Positions 27,871 to 37,684 of a DNA stretch of 52,069 nucleotides are shown here, in pieces. Every line of letters begins with the position of its first letter. Position 1 is the first letter of the stretch. The stretch is from a virus (lineage: Duplodnaviria > Caudoviricetes): positions 1 to 52,069 of the IMG/VR virus record IMGVR_UViG_3300037808_000798. The stretch is one strand, 5' to 3'. The notes below the pieces were generated by a model. The model made no database searches. It worked only from the letters and a program-made list of their open reading frames with translations, and had not been told where the DNA came from. The translations under genes were made by a program, and so were the position numbers.

Positions 27871-28874
27871 AGTACTTCTCGCCAATAGTTTAATAAATCA
27901 TCACATATTTCATCTAAACCTTTTATTGGTTTCCAACCAGTCTTTTCTCTAAACTTTATACTGTCTGGAATCTGTAATGTAATATCAGTTGGTCTAATTC
28001 TTGCAGGATCAAGTTCTTTTATAAAAGCCTTTGGATTTTTAGATTTACTAATCAACATATCTAAAGCATCTCCAACCGTACAGGTGTAATCACCACCTAT
28101 GTTATATACTTCACCACAATCACACTTATCAAATGCCAACCAATAGGCGTGAACTGCATCATCTATATGATTATAAGTTCTAACTGAATCAAGGTTTCCA
28201 TGTTTTATTGGATGTGTTGGAAAACTCGGAGCATATGGTGGAAAATCGGGTTTCTTTTCTGCCGTAACTATTTGATGAGCAAATGATGAAAGTGCAAATC
28301 TTTTATCTCTCCGAGAACCTTCATGTGAAAACATACGAGTGATTATAACTTTCATATCATATGCCCTATAATAATACTGAGACATTAAATCGTGTCCTAC
28401 CTTTGAAATGGAATATGGGTTTGCTGGTCGAATGTAATTATTTTCGGTCATTGGAACTTCATCTTCAGTCGGTACTCCATAAACTTCACTTGATGAAATA
28501 CTAATTATTGTAGGATTACAATAATTTCTTTCTTTTGCAAATCGTAATTCTTCTAATAAATTTGTAGTTCCAATTATGTTTGTAGTAAGAGTACTAACTG
28601 GAGTAAGAAAACTCGATTCTGGAAAACTTTGTGCTGCAAAATGATACACCAAATCTGGTTTTGCAATATCAATAATTCTTGCAAGACTACCTCTATCCAA
28701 TAAATCACATTCTTCAAATACAACTTGTTCATTTCCAAACAAATGTTTAATGTTTTCTTCTTTACTTCTCCACCTTCGTGTTGCAAAGATTTTTACATCT
28801 GATACATTTTTAAGAAGATAGTCTGCCATATGACTGCCGACAAAACCTGTTATACCTGTTATTAATATTCTCAT
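27867..28874 (-). CDS. gmd: GDP-mannose 4,6-dehydratase family
   Basis: LITGITGFVGSH, HFAAQSF, SSSEVYG, NPYSISK, GNLDSVR, RPTD. Confidence 0.85.
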   Translation of the reverse strand: MRILITGITGFVGSHMADYLLKNVSDVKIFATRRWRSKEENIKHLFGNEQVVFEECDLLDRGSLARIIDIAKPDLVYHFAAQSFPESSFLTPVSTLTTNIIGTTNLLEELRFAKERNYCNPTIISISSSEVYGVPTEDEVPMTENNYIRPANPYSISKVGHDLMSQYYYRAYDMKVIITRMFSHEGSRRDKRFALSSFAHQIVTAEKKPDFPPYAPSFPTHPIKHGNLDSVRTYNHIDDAVHAYWLAFDKCDCGEVYNIGGDYTCTVGDALDMLISKSKNPKAFIKELDPARIRPTDITLQIPDSIKFREKTGWKPIKGLDEICDDLLNYWREVL

Positions 28875-29641
28875 TGAATTTTCTCCAAAACTAATTTTGA
28901 TAATACATTATTAGCGAAAGTCTCATGTCCTTCATGTTTTGGATGTCCAGGTATTATTTTCAATTTCCAATCATCTTCTGTATATGCATTAAATGGATCA
29001 TTTATTGATACCCACTCGGCTATTCCACCAAATTTTACTTTATCTTTAAGATTAAAAAACCACCATTTATCCCAATCGATATTTTCATTTAAAGTTGATA
29101 AATATTCCATATTATCAATATTATTTCCATAAATATTGTCAGGAATTCTTTTAGTGTTCCAAGTTTTAGGTGGTATTTGTAATTTATTTTTTCTGTCATA
29201 TTGCCAACCAGAGTTGTTACTGAACAAATTAAACATTGAAAAAAAGATAAAATCTATATTATTAACTTTTAAAAAGTTTTGAGTTGATATTATGGGCTCT
29301 AACCCATTTAATAATAAATCATATTCATCTAAAATTTTATTCTTGAATAAAGAGTCATGATCACGAAACATATTTGTTGGAATACCATATAATTCTCCCC
29401 CAAAACTATTTTGTAATCTATCAAATGCAGTCCAACAACACATCACAAGTATTTCTTTTGACTTCATTCCACTTTTTAATAATTCTGTAACTGAATGGAA
29501 AACTGTTCTTGAAATATATTCATTTCCCATTCCTGATCTTCCATAATTTTTATAAGATAAATTTGGTATTCTTTTTTCAAGATGGTATGGCCACAAGTCT
29601 GGTTCAGAAAAACTACACCCCGTTGTTATTAAAACTTTCAA
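28871..29641 (-). CDS. SGNH-like hydrolase/acyltransferase family protein
   Basis: GCSFS block I, N.G..G.GN block II, C-terminal GHP...H. Confidence 0.65.
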   Translation of the reverse strand: MKVLITTGCSFSEPDLWPYHLEKRIPNLSYKNYGRSGMGNEYISRTVFHSVTELLKSGMKSKEILVMCCWTAFDRLQNSFGGELYGIPTNMFRDHDSLFKNKILDEYDLLLNGLEPIISTQNFLKVNNIDFIFFSMFNLFSNNSGWQYDRKNKLQIPPKTWNTKRIPDNIYGNNIDNMEYLSTLNENIDWDKWWFFNLKDKVKFGGIAEWVSINDPFNAYTEDDWKLKIIPGHPKHEGHETFANNVLSKLVLEKIQ

Positions 29642-30327
29642 CTCCAGACTCCATTTATAAAATTATATAATTTATCTGCCCATTCTATTTGAACTTCTGC
29701 GTTTGGATGATTACATTCCGTTACTCTATTTCCAGCACTACCTAAAAATGGTTCTTCATAAAAATAATCAAAATCAACTAATTCTGCTATTTTACAAGTT
29801 TTATCTAAAAATCCATCTTTATTAATATCACCTTCAAAAAAAATGTATTTAATATTATTAGATTTAAAAAATGATTGTAATGATATAACATATCTCCAAG
29901 TTATTTCTGAACAAGTTTTATTATCAGGAACATACTTAAAATTTATTTCATCTTTATCTACTGAAGTATCTCTTTCGTGGGAGTTCCATGCGGTATGACC
30001 ATCATGTCCAAATTGAGCACCAAACCAATTACTCTTATTACCACACTCATCGCTCCAAGTTCTATTTACCCAAATTTCATTTCTAACTGGATATGATAAT
30101 TGTAATACAAATAAAGTATCTTTTAATTTATCTTGATTTTCAGAAATCCAATCAAATGTAGTTCTGGATATTCGTTGATTAGAACAACCACCTTCAGATT
30201 GATTAATATCTTCTGCACCAAATTTATCGGCAAGAAATTTAGAATATCGTTCTTTTTCTGGATTATCTAAACCACAACCTTCGGTGTAACTACAACCATT
30301 ACTATACACATATTTTATATTGTCCAT
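29638..30327 (-). CDS. SGNH-like hydrolase/acyltransferase family protein
   Basis: NGCSYTEG, NQSEGGCSNQRI, C-terminal HPN. Confidence 0.65.
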   Translation of the reverse strand: MDNIKYVYSNGCSYTEGCGLDNPEKERYSKFLADKFGAEDINQSEGGCSNQRISRTTFDWISENQDKLKDTLFVLQLSYPVRNEIWVNRTWSDECGNKSNWFGAQFGHDGHTAWNSHERDTSVDKDEINFKYVPDNKTCSEITWRYVISLQSFFKSNNIKYIFFEGDINKDGFLDKTCKIAELVDFDYFYEEPFLGSAGNRVTECNHPNAEVQIEWADKLYNFINGVWS

Positions 30328-30356
30328 AAAACAAAAAATCCTCTGGTTAGAGAGGA
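30328..30356 (-). terminator. Intrinsic terminator-like hairpin (also covers the probable RBS of 29638-30327)
   Basis: Minus strand TCCTCT-ctaacc-AGAGGA followed by TTTTTTGTTTT. Confidence 0.6.
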
Positions 30357-30445
30357 CACTATTTAAAGTGCCTCCGTATGTTTATAGTCATATTATGATC
30401 GGTTAGGTCTTTGGGTTTTTATACCCCCTGTTTATCATACTGACT
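30328..30445 (-). ncRNA. Candidate structured small RNA or attenuator leader
   Basis: Largest intergenic gap in the window; long stem 30445-30386, second stem 30374-30352, terminator, and upstream ATACTTAT motif. Family not recognised. Confidence 0.4.
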
Positions 30446-30487
30446 TATATATAAGTATCATTAATCAACATTTTTCCCTTTATTATT

Positions 30488-31726
30488 TTATAAAATCGAT
30501 TGTGTGTATAGCCATTGTTCTTTCAACATATTAATAAATTTATTGTTTTCCTCTTTTCCATACTTTTTTAATCTATTAAAATTATGTATTAAAATATTCC
30601 TCATATTCCAATACCAATCATCAAGTTCTTCAATAGACATACTACATAATCTCAATATTTCTCGTTGTATCTTATCTCGTCTAATAAAATAATCTAATTC
30701 GGTATCATATGATTCATCTATAAATGGACTAAAAGTTTTAAATCCAAATTCTTTCAATGTCTGTAATGTGTATGGTTTTCCAACAACAAGAAACGGATGA
30801 AAGGTGATAAAAGGTTTCCAAAATTTTTCATCAAAATAAATATGATTTTTATCGATATCAACATCATTAAAAAATATAGATGGTGTAACAATATTGAAAT
30901 AAGAATTGTAGGAACGAGAAAGATTAATAAATAAAGATGGTGGCACACTATCGGGTATTTTTATATCCCTCCCGAGTCCACCACTTGGTATTTCTTCTTT
31001 TATTTCACTTAACACATTTTCAAATGTATCGTGAAGTTGTATTTTTTCTTTCGGTATTGAATAAGAATTTTTACCTATATCGTCAAATGGTTCTTTACCT
31101 TCATGAACTGACGTAAAAAAAGTTCCATTAGTTTTGGATAACAAATTATTATCCCTTAAAAATAAATACAATTCAACTCTATGATATCTTGGTAAACTAT
31201 TTATGGTATAAAAATGATATTTTCTACAAAAATTTCTTGACTTGTTAAAAAGATTTCTGTATATTTTATTGTTGGTAAGTCTACTTAAATTAATCATCCA
31301 ACGATTGTGAAATAAATAATTTTTATCTTCATTTACGCCAATAAATTTAGTTGTACTCATATTAAAAATATTATTAATTAATATATTATGACATTTACTG
31401 AAATCATCTATTTTATTCTTAGAACTGGGAAACGTACTGATACCGATATCATTTACCGCTCCCTCATGGGAAGTCAAAATAAGTTTAGACTTATCATTTG
31501 ATAAATCATCTATGAGTAGTTTATTTTTATTTAGAAATTTTTCTATAATATCAAAATCAGTACTATGATTGATTATTAATAAGTAGCTTCCACTTGGTTC
31601 AGATAGAAAATTGACATCGTTCCAAAATTTATCTTTAAATATAAATCCTGGTGTTTCTAATAATCTATCTAAATCACTTTCGGATTCAAACGTTTCTCCT
31701 ATTTGATTATAATATAAAATATTCAT
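30488..31726 (-). CDS. GT10-like putative glycosyltransferase, paralog 5
   Basis: IN..RYHR; SYFNIVT..DEKFWKPF..HPF..GFKTF..DESYD. Confidence 0.6.
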   Translation of the reverse strand: MNILYYNQIGETFESESDLDRLLETPGFIFKDKFWNDVNFLSEPSGSYLLIINHSTDFDIIEKFLNKNKLLIDDLSNDKSKLILTSHEGAVNDIGISTFPSSKNKIDDFSKCHNILINNIFNMSTTKFIGVNEDKNYLFHNRWMINLSRLTNNKIYRNLFNKSRNFCRKYHFYTINSLPRYHRVELYLFLRDNNLLSKTNGTFFTSVHEGKEPFDDIGKNSYSIPKEKIQLHDTFENVLSEIKEEIPSGGLGRDIKIPDSVPPSLFINLSRSYNSYFNIVTPSIFFNDVDIDKNHIYFDEKFWKPFITFHPFLVVGKPYTLQTLKEFGFKTFSPFIDESYDTELDYFIRRDKIQREILRLCSMSIEELDDWYWNMRNILIHNFNRLKKYGKEENNKFINMLKEQWLYTQSIL

Positions 31727-31727
31727 A

Positions 31728-32738
31728 TCAAAAAATCTCTAATATCTGTGAATCCACTTTTCTTATGTATCTTTGTAAACGAGAATAATTATGATCCAAT
31801 ACTGATTTCATTCTATTATATAAAGTATCTACCTCATCAACTTTCATTTTACTTATTTTGTCTATCTCGTCAAACACCATTTGTATTCTTTTATCATTAT
31901 CTGTTTCATCATCATAACTTTCATCAATAAATTTTTCAAAAGTTTTAAAACCTAAATCCTTCAAAATCGTTAAAGTATAAGGTTGAGCAATTATTATAAA
32001 TGGTTTGAAACATGCAAACGACCTATATAATTTCTCATCTATATAAACATCATTTGTTTCATATTTTGAAAAAGTAACCACATCAAAATAAGAATTAAAA
32101 TATAATGGTAAATTTAACTTAGTAGAAGTATAATAAGATTTTTCTTTCAAGTCTAAATGCATACTTTCTTTATTATTATTCCAAAAAAAAGAATTGAAAG
32201 ATATATCAAACTTATCCATAATATCATTTTCTTTAATATGTGATACTAAATCCATTCTATGTTTTTTAAGATTACCATTATAGGATAAAAAATATTTTTC
32301 TCTGTATATACTTTCACTCTGAGCTCTCATTTCCATAATATTCTTATGGTCAATTTGTTGTTCTTCTAATATACAATCTGCCATAGAATAATTATTAAAA
32401 ACATCACACGGTAAATCATAACCATTTAGATGAAAATCAGGTATTATCACCGATACATCATATTCTAATTTACACAATTCTTTTATTTTTAATTGCTGAA
32501 GTCCGTAGAATTCTTCTGATAAAGTATCCATGTACCACAAGATTATTTTTTTAGTCTTATCCAGAGACTTAATAATTTCAAATGGACTATCATTTTCATA
32601 TGATGGTTGGATTAAAAAAATATCACATGGTGATGATAATTCTAAATTTTCTATTTTTTCAAATAATATTCTATTTGTCCAAATCTCATTAAAATCTTCT
32701 ATAATGTTATTATTAAAATAAAAAGTTACTTTCATCAC
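31728..32738 (-). CDS. GT10-like putative glycosyltransferase, paralog 6
   Basis: SYN..KHR; SYFDVVT..DEKLYR..KPFI..GFKTF..DESYD. Confidence 0.6.
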   Translation of the reverse strand: MMKVTFYFNNNIIEDFNEIWTNRILFEKIENLELSSPCDIFLIQPSYENDSPFEIIKSLDKTKKIILWYMDTLSEEFYGLQQLKIKELCKLEYDVSVIIPDFHLNGYDLPCDVFNNYSMADCILEEQQIDHKNIMEMRAQSESIYREKYFLSYNGNLKKHRMDLVSHIKENDIMDKFDISFNSFFWNNNKESMHLDLKEKSYYTSTKLNLPLYFNSYFDVVTFSKYETNDVYIDEKLYRSFACFKPFIIIAQPYTLTILKDLGFKTFEKFIDESYDDETDNDKRIQMVFDEIDKISKMKVDEVDTLYNRMKSVLDHNYSRLQRYIRKVDSQILEIF

Positions 32739-33474
32739 TCAATTTTTCTCCTAAAAAATCTCCAAAAATTTTGTGGCCACTTGGTCTTAAATGTCTACTT
32801 TCATAACAATCTTTCTGGTAATTATCCCACATATAATTAATCATACTATCCTTACCATTAAATATAAAATTATTAAAATCTACCATTTCTAATTGTTCTT
32901 CGTTCTGTGGAAATCCCCATCCCCAAATAAATTTATAATTTATACCATAAAACTTAAAAAAAGTTTGTAATAAAATTATTTGCTCTATCATATGGTTATC
33001 ACAAACACCATCATCTACAAAACATTCAAAAAATTCTATTAAAGCCTTTTGTTCTTTTATATTTTTCCATGGCCACCAATCCCAACAATCAACCTTTGCC
33101 AATATTCTTTCGTTAGAAAAATTAGAATATAAGTCAAAACGAGTAGAATCTGTTAATTGTATAATTGTTAATATATCTTTATGAATTCCATCCTTAATAA
33201 AACCTTTGAATGAATCAATAGTTGTTCTAATTGATCTTGCATTACTACCGCATCCCATTGATTGATTTCCTATAATTTCTAAACCTAATTTATTAGCAGT
33301 AAATGTTGGCCAGGTATTATTTAATCTAAAGTTTTCAAACTCATCACCGTGTGATTGAGAAGATTCCATCCATCCAGATTCTTGTCCCGTTCCTAAATCA
33401 AAACCATCTGGAAATTCAGCTTGAAATCCTCCACCCCAAGTAAAACTACAACCATTTACATATAAATATTTCAT
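32713..33474 (-). CDS. SGNH-like hydrolase/acyltransferase family protein
   Basis: NGCSFTWG, WP, NQSMGCGSN, C-terminal HL...GH. Confidence 0.65.
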   Translation of the reverse strand: MKYLYVNGCSFTWGGGFQAEFPDGFDLGTGQESGWMESSQSHGDEFENFRLNNTWPTFTANKLGLEIIGNQSMGCGSNARSIRTTIDSFKGFIKDGIHKDILTIIQLTDSTRFDLYSNFSNERILAKVDCWDWWPWKNIKEQKALIEFFECFVDDGVCDNHMIEQIILLQTFFKFYGINYKFIWGWGFPQNEEQLEMVDFNNFIFNGKDSMINYMWDNYQKDCYESRHLRPSGHKIFGDFLGEKLSDESNFLF

Positions 33475-33980
33475 CGTAAAATACCCTCGTTACTAAAATC
33501 ATAACTCATATCAAGAGTTCCATCTTCTAAAATCATACCAGGTCTCCAACAAGTTGCCCAATGGTGTTTCTCTCGATTAATATAAACAGGAATCATTTTG
33601 TTTCCAAGTTGTATGTGTGCAGTTACTCTATGAGAACCATCTAAATAAGTAATCTTTCCATCTTCGATTTTAACATCTGCTGGCATCACCCCACCTGACT
33701 TGATAACTTCTCGTAAATAATATACCAATGCACCATGAGTATTTTTACCAGTCATTTCCCATACACATTGACATACTGTTACTTTTTTTTCATCGCCCCT
33801 AAATTCATTTTCATTTTTGGTAGGCCTTATACAATGTTGTATTTTATCCCAATGGTCAATATCAGGTATAATACCAAAGTTATCAATATTAACATATTCA
33901 GAAAACTTTGTGTAATCTATATAACCATCAGGTTCTTCATACATTTCTTTAATATATTTAAGTTCTTCCCGCCTAACCAC
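33471..33980 (-). CDS. ParB/Sulfiredoxin-like domain protein
   Basis: YLDGSHRVTA..LG..IPV. Confidence 0.7.
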   Translation of the reverse strand: MVRREELKYIKEMYEEPDGYIDYTKFSEYVNIDNFGIIPDIDHWDKIQHCIRPTKNENEFRGDEKKVTVCQCVWEMTGKNTHGALVYYLREVIKSGGVMPADVKIEDGKITYLDGSHRVTAHIQLGNKMIPVYINREKHHWATCWRPGMILEDGTLDMSYDFSNEGILR

Positions 33981-35286
33981 CCATAACCTCTGATATTTCA
34001 GTCCAACAATTTAATCTATCTTGTTTTTTATAATTTGCAAAATGTTCTTGATTATATAAAAGAATATCTTCCATTTCATAATACCATTTATGTATTTCTT
34101 CTTTTGACATACTACATAATCTTTTTATCTCGTCTAATATCATAAAAAATCTTTTGTCATTATCCACTTCTTCATCATATGATTCGTCAATCCAAGGTGA
34201 AAAGGTTTTATATCCTATTTCTCTTAATTTTGCAAGAAAAAATGGATTAGATACTATTATAAATGGAACTAAATTACTGATTGGTTTGAATATTTTTTCA
34301 CTCATATAAATACAATCTTCATAATAACAACTTTCAGTAACAACATTAAAATAAATTCTTTTATATTGATGAGAAAAATTAGACCATTGACCAACTGCTC
34401 CACCCCATCTTTCACCATCTTTATAAACCCAATTTGCATCTATATCATCATCCGCATCAATAGGATATAATGGTTTTATTTTTTCTAATGCACTACTTAC
34501 TACTTCATTCTGTTGTTTATCCCTTATAAAATCTCTTATATGTGTTGGCCAAACACCACCAAAAGCACTATCTACTTCTTTTGCCCCAAGACTAATAATT
34601 CCCTTATCTTGTAGCTCCATTTCATAAATCATTGCTATTAATCCCAACCTATACTCCCTTATAACTCTGTTATAACATAAAAAATACTTTTCTCTTATGG
34701 TATCCATCATATCATCTAAATCTTTTTTATTAACAAATGATTGTTTATGTGGATAAAGTTCGTCTATCTTTTTATTATAATGATTACCTATTATTTGATG
34801 ATATATTTCATTACTACTCTCTAACATATGATTCATTTCAATAATGTTCATCTTGTCTTTTGTTAAAGTGGGCATTATATCACAAAAAGTTTTATATTGG
34901 CCTTTACCATTCAAATTACTTGCAACAAAAAAAACTTTATTTGCTGGAATTTTATATTTTAATAACTCATTATGTAAATCTTTATAATTTTGGTGTTGTA
35001 TATGTCCCTCATGAATATAATTTATAATAATATATCCGTTACCTTCTCTAATTAAATTTTTTACCGTTTCGTCTAAAAAATATAAAAAAGTCTTTCCGCC
35101 ACTACCTCCTCCATCAAGAATATCAAGGTATTTATCTAAATCACCACAGGATATAGGTAAAATAAAATACGAATCATCCTTTAAATCAGAAATCTGAATT
35201 TTATTAAATTCCCCAAAATCTTTAGATTCCAAATTACCCAATGAATTAAACCGGCCCGAGTTTAATAAAATATTAATCTTATTCAC
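33973..35286 (-). CDS. GT10-like putative glycosyltransferase, paralog 7
   Basis: CYNR..YR; FNVVTES..SEKIFKPI..PFI..GYKTF..DESYD. Confidence 0.6.
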   Translation of the reverse strand: MNKINILLNSGRFNSLGNLESKDFGEFNKIQISDLKDDSYFILPISCGDLDKYLDILDGGGSGGKTFLYFLDETVKNLIREGNGYIIINYIHEGHIQHQNYKDLHNELLKYKIPANKVFFVASNLNGKGQYKTFCDIMPTLTKDKMNIIEMNHMLESSNEIYHQIIGNHYNKKIDELYPHKQSFVNKKDLDDMMDTIREKYFLCYNRVIREYRLGLIAMIYEMELQDKGIISLGAKEVDSAFGGVWPTHIRDFIRDKQQNEVVSSALEKIKPLYPIDADDDIDANWVYKDGERWGGAVGQWSNFSHQYKRIYFNVVTESCYYEDCIYMSEKIFKPISNLVPFIIVSNPFFLAKLREIGYKTFSPWIDESYDEEVDNDKRFFMILDEIKRLCSMSKEEIHKWYYEMEDILLYNQEHFANYKKQDRLNCWTEISEVMGG

Positions 35287-36248
35287 TATAATCCCTGTCC
35301 ATATTTTATAGGAAATGCATTTCTAAAATGACTACTATCTTTATTTATTATTACTTGATATCCATCAATAAGTTCTTTTATTCCATCATTTAACGAATAA
35401 CTTGGTTTCCATCCCATCGATTCTATCTTTTCATTTGATACTATATAATCTCGTTTATCTGGATCTTCATAATACTCTGATTGGTTCACAACAAAATCGG
35501 GTATATATTTTTGTATTCTTTCGGTAAGTTCTAATTTACTTATGTTAGTATCACTCAAACCAACATTAAATGCCTCACCTACATTATCTTCATAATTATT
35601 TATCATAAACTGAAACGCAGAAGATACATCTTTAATATGAATATAATTTCTGATAGTATGGGCCTGAAATAAAGTAATATATCTATCTGTTAATGCTTTA
35701 TATACAAACTCATTTACAAGTAAATCTAATCTCATTCTTTCAGACATACCAAAAACTGTAGCCAATCTAAATGTAATTGCCCGACCACTATCTAAAAGAA
35801 GATTTTCGGAATCACATTTGGTAACTCCATAATGACTTATTGGTGTTAATTTTTGATCCTCTGTACAGATTCCTTCAGTTTTTTGTCCATATCCACTATT
35901 TGTATTTGGAAAAATAATTCTCTGTAATTTAGAAGTGTTATTTAAAATTTTTTTAATTTGATAATAATTTACTGCTGTTGCCAATTGTTTATCTCTATCA
36001 CATGCGGGAAACCCCACGATTGCTGCTAGTGGTATAATAACATCCGCCTTATTAACATAATTACTTAATTTAGAATAATCTCTAACATCACCATACACAA
36101 ATTTAAAATTTTTATTATTAAATAAATTTAGTAGTGTGGTTTGATTATATACTAAATTATCATAAACCACGACTTCATGATTTTCAACTAAATCTGGACA
36201 CAACACAGAACCTAAATATCCCATGCCTCCCGTAACTAATATTTTCAT
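35286..36248 (-). CDS. NAD-dependent epimerase/dehydratase (extended SDR)
   Basis: TGGMGYLG, PLAAIVG, YGVTK, RLATVFG..RMRLDL. Confidence 0.93.
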   Translation of the reverse strand: MKILVTGGMGYLGSVLCPDLVENHEVVVYDNLVYNQTTLLNLFNNKNFKFVYGDVRDYSKLSNYVNKADVIIPLAAIVGFPACDRDKQLATAVNYYQIKKILNNTSKLQRIIFPNTNSGYGQKTEGICTEDQKLTPISHYGVTKCDSENLLLDSGRAITFRLATVFGMSERMRLDLLVNEFVYKALTDRYITLFQAHTIRNYIHIKDVSSAFQFMINNYEDNVGEAFNVGLSDTNISKLELTERIQKYIPDFVVNQSEYYEDPDKRDYIVSNEKIESMGWKPSYSLNDGIKELIDGYQVIINKDSSHFRNAFPIKYGQGL

Positions 36249-37684
36249 AACTTTCTCTCCAATTTTATCTTTAATATATCTTTATAAATATCAACTGTTT
36301 CTTGACCAAACTTCTTTCTAATTTTACCAAACCATTCTTTTCTATTAAAATATTTTTGAAACGCATCATCTCTAAATTTAAGAATTTCTTCTCTTGTTAA
36401 ATTATCTGCCGGATTTGGAAATGAATCCTTAGAATAATATGAATATCCTGAATATGTTGGTGGTAACTCTATTCCCTTATTCACCGCATCAGTAAATAGT
36501 GGTGAACCTGGGAATATCATAGTTGGATTGAAATTTGCACCACTTGTATTTAATTCGATTGCCAAATCAAGAGTTTCTTGCATAGTTTCGTGTGTATCAC
36601 CAGACATTCCAAACATATAATTACTAATTACTTCTATATCAAATGATTCTATTTTTTTAACAATATCTGTAACATCTACTTCGTCAAATTTACCCTTAGC
36701 TGCATCAATACGAACTTTTCTATTACCACTTTCAATACCAAGTGCCAACCAATTTACTCCCGCTTTCTTTAATTTTTCTAAATATTCTTCTCTAACCGTA
36801 TCTATTCTTGCATATGCCCCAATATTGAAATCATATCCCCTTTCAATTATCAAATCACATATCTTTAAAAAATGATTTTTATTCAATACAAACATTTCGT
36901 CTGCTATTTTAATATTTCGTATTCCCATATTGGCAATTTTATCAAATTCGGTAATCATAAATTCAGGATTCCAATACCTAAATACAGATTTACCAAATGG
37001 TGCATTAATACAACAAAAATCACATTTATAAGGACACCCAAGTGAAGTATAAAGTGATGCAAATGGTGTTCTTTCATTATTATTAGTCATAGAAAAATGA
37101 GTTACATTTCTATATTTATCTGGTGATGGTAACAAATCCCAAGCCATACCAGGTAAACCTTGTTCAAGATTACCAATAATTGATGTCATATGTGTAAATT
37201 TTATTTCATCTCCATCTCTATACCATAAACGAGGAACTTTACTTACATTAACTAAATCAGTCTGAAATAATCCTAATAGAGTATCAACTCCTTCACCTTC
37301 ACAGACAAAATCACACTTTTCATCTTTAAGTGTTTTCTCTGGTAATGCCGATGGGTATAAACCAACTAAAATAGTCTTGAATTCATAATCCATCATCTCC
37401 AATAATTCATGTGTTCCTTGCATATTCTGTGCAGATGCTGATGGGTGCTGTCCAAATTGAACAAAACATACTAAACTGGGATTAATATCCTTTATATGAT
37501 TATAACTTTGTTCAGTATCTAATTGTAACGCTTCACAATCTAATATATCTACTCTAACACCAAGACTTCTCATACTATTTGCCAACAAAGCTGCCCAAAT
37601 GGGCGGTTCTATTGCAGCATACTTTAACAAACTCTGAAATGTCTGTGTGCTTGAATTAGTATGTACGAATAATATATCAATCAT
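36245..37684 (-). CDS. B12-binding radical SAM enzyme
   Basis: N-terminal cobalamin-binding domain; SLGCPYKCDFC; LGIESGN. Confidence 0.92.
   Translation of the reverse strand: MIDILFVHTNSSTQTFQSLLKYAAIEPPIWAALLANSMRSLGVRVDILDCEALQLDTEQSYNHIKDINPSLVCFVQFGQHPSASAQNMQGTHELLEMMDYEFKTILVGLYPSALPEKTLKDEKCDFVCEGEGVDTLLGLFQTDLVNVSKVPRLWYRDGDEIKFTHMTSIIGNLEQGLPGMAWDLLPSPDKYRNVTHFSMTNNNERTPFASLYTSLGCPYKCDFCCINAPFGKSVFRYWNPEFMITEFDKIANMGIRNIKIADEMFVLNKNHFLKICDLIIERGYDFNIGAYARIDTVREEYLEKLKKAGVNWLALGIESGNRKVRIDAAKGKFDEVDVTDIVKKIESFDIEVISNYMFGMSGDTHETMQETLDLAIELNTSGANFNPTMIFPGSPLFTDAVNKGIELPPTYSGYSYYSKDSFPNPADNLTREEILKFRDDAFQKYFNRKEWFGKIRKKFGQETVDIYKDILKIKLERKL

Noticed and set aside
30386-30445. c-di-GMP-I riboswitch assignment for the structured intergenic region
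   Set aside because: Only scattered resemblance (AAAC, CAAAG, CCTAA); it lacks the GNRA tetraloop/receptor and conserved core, so no family is assigned.
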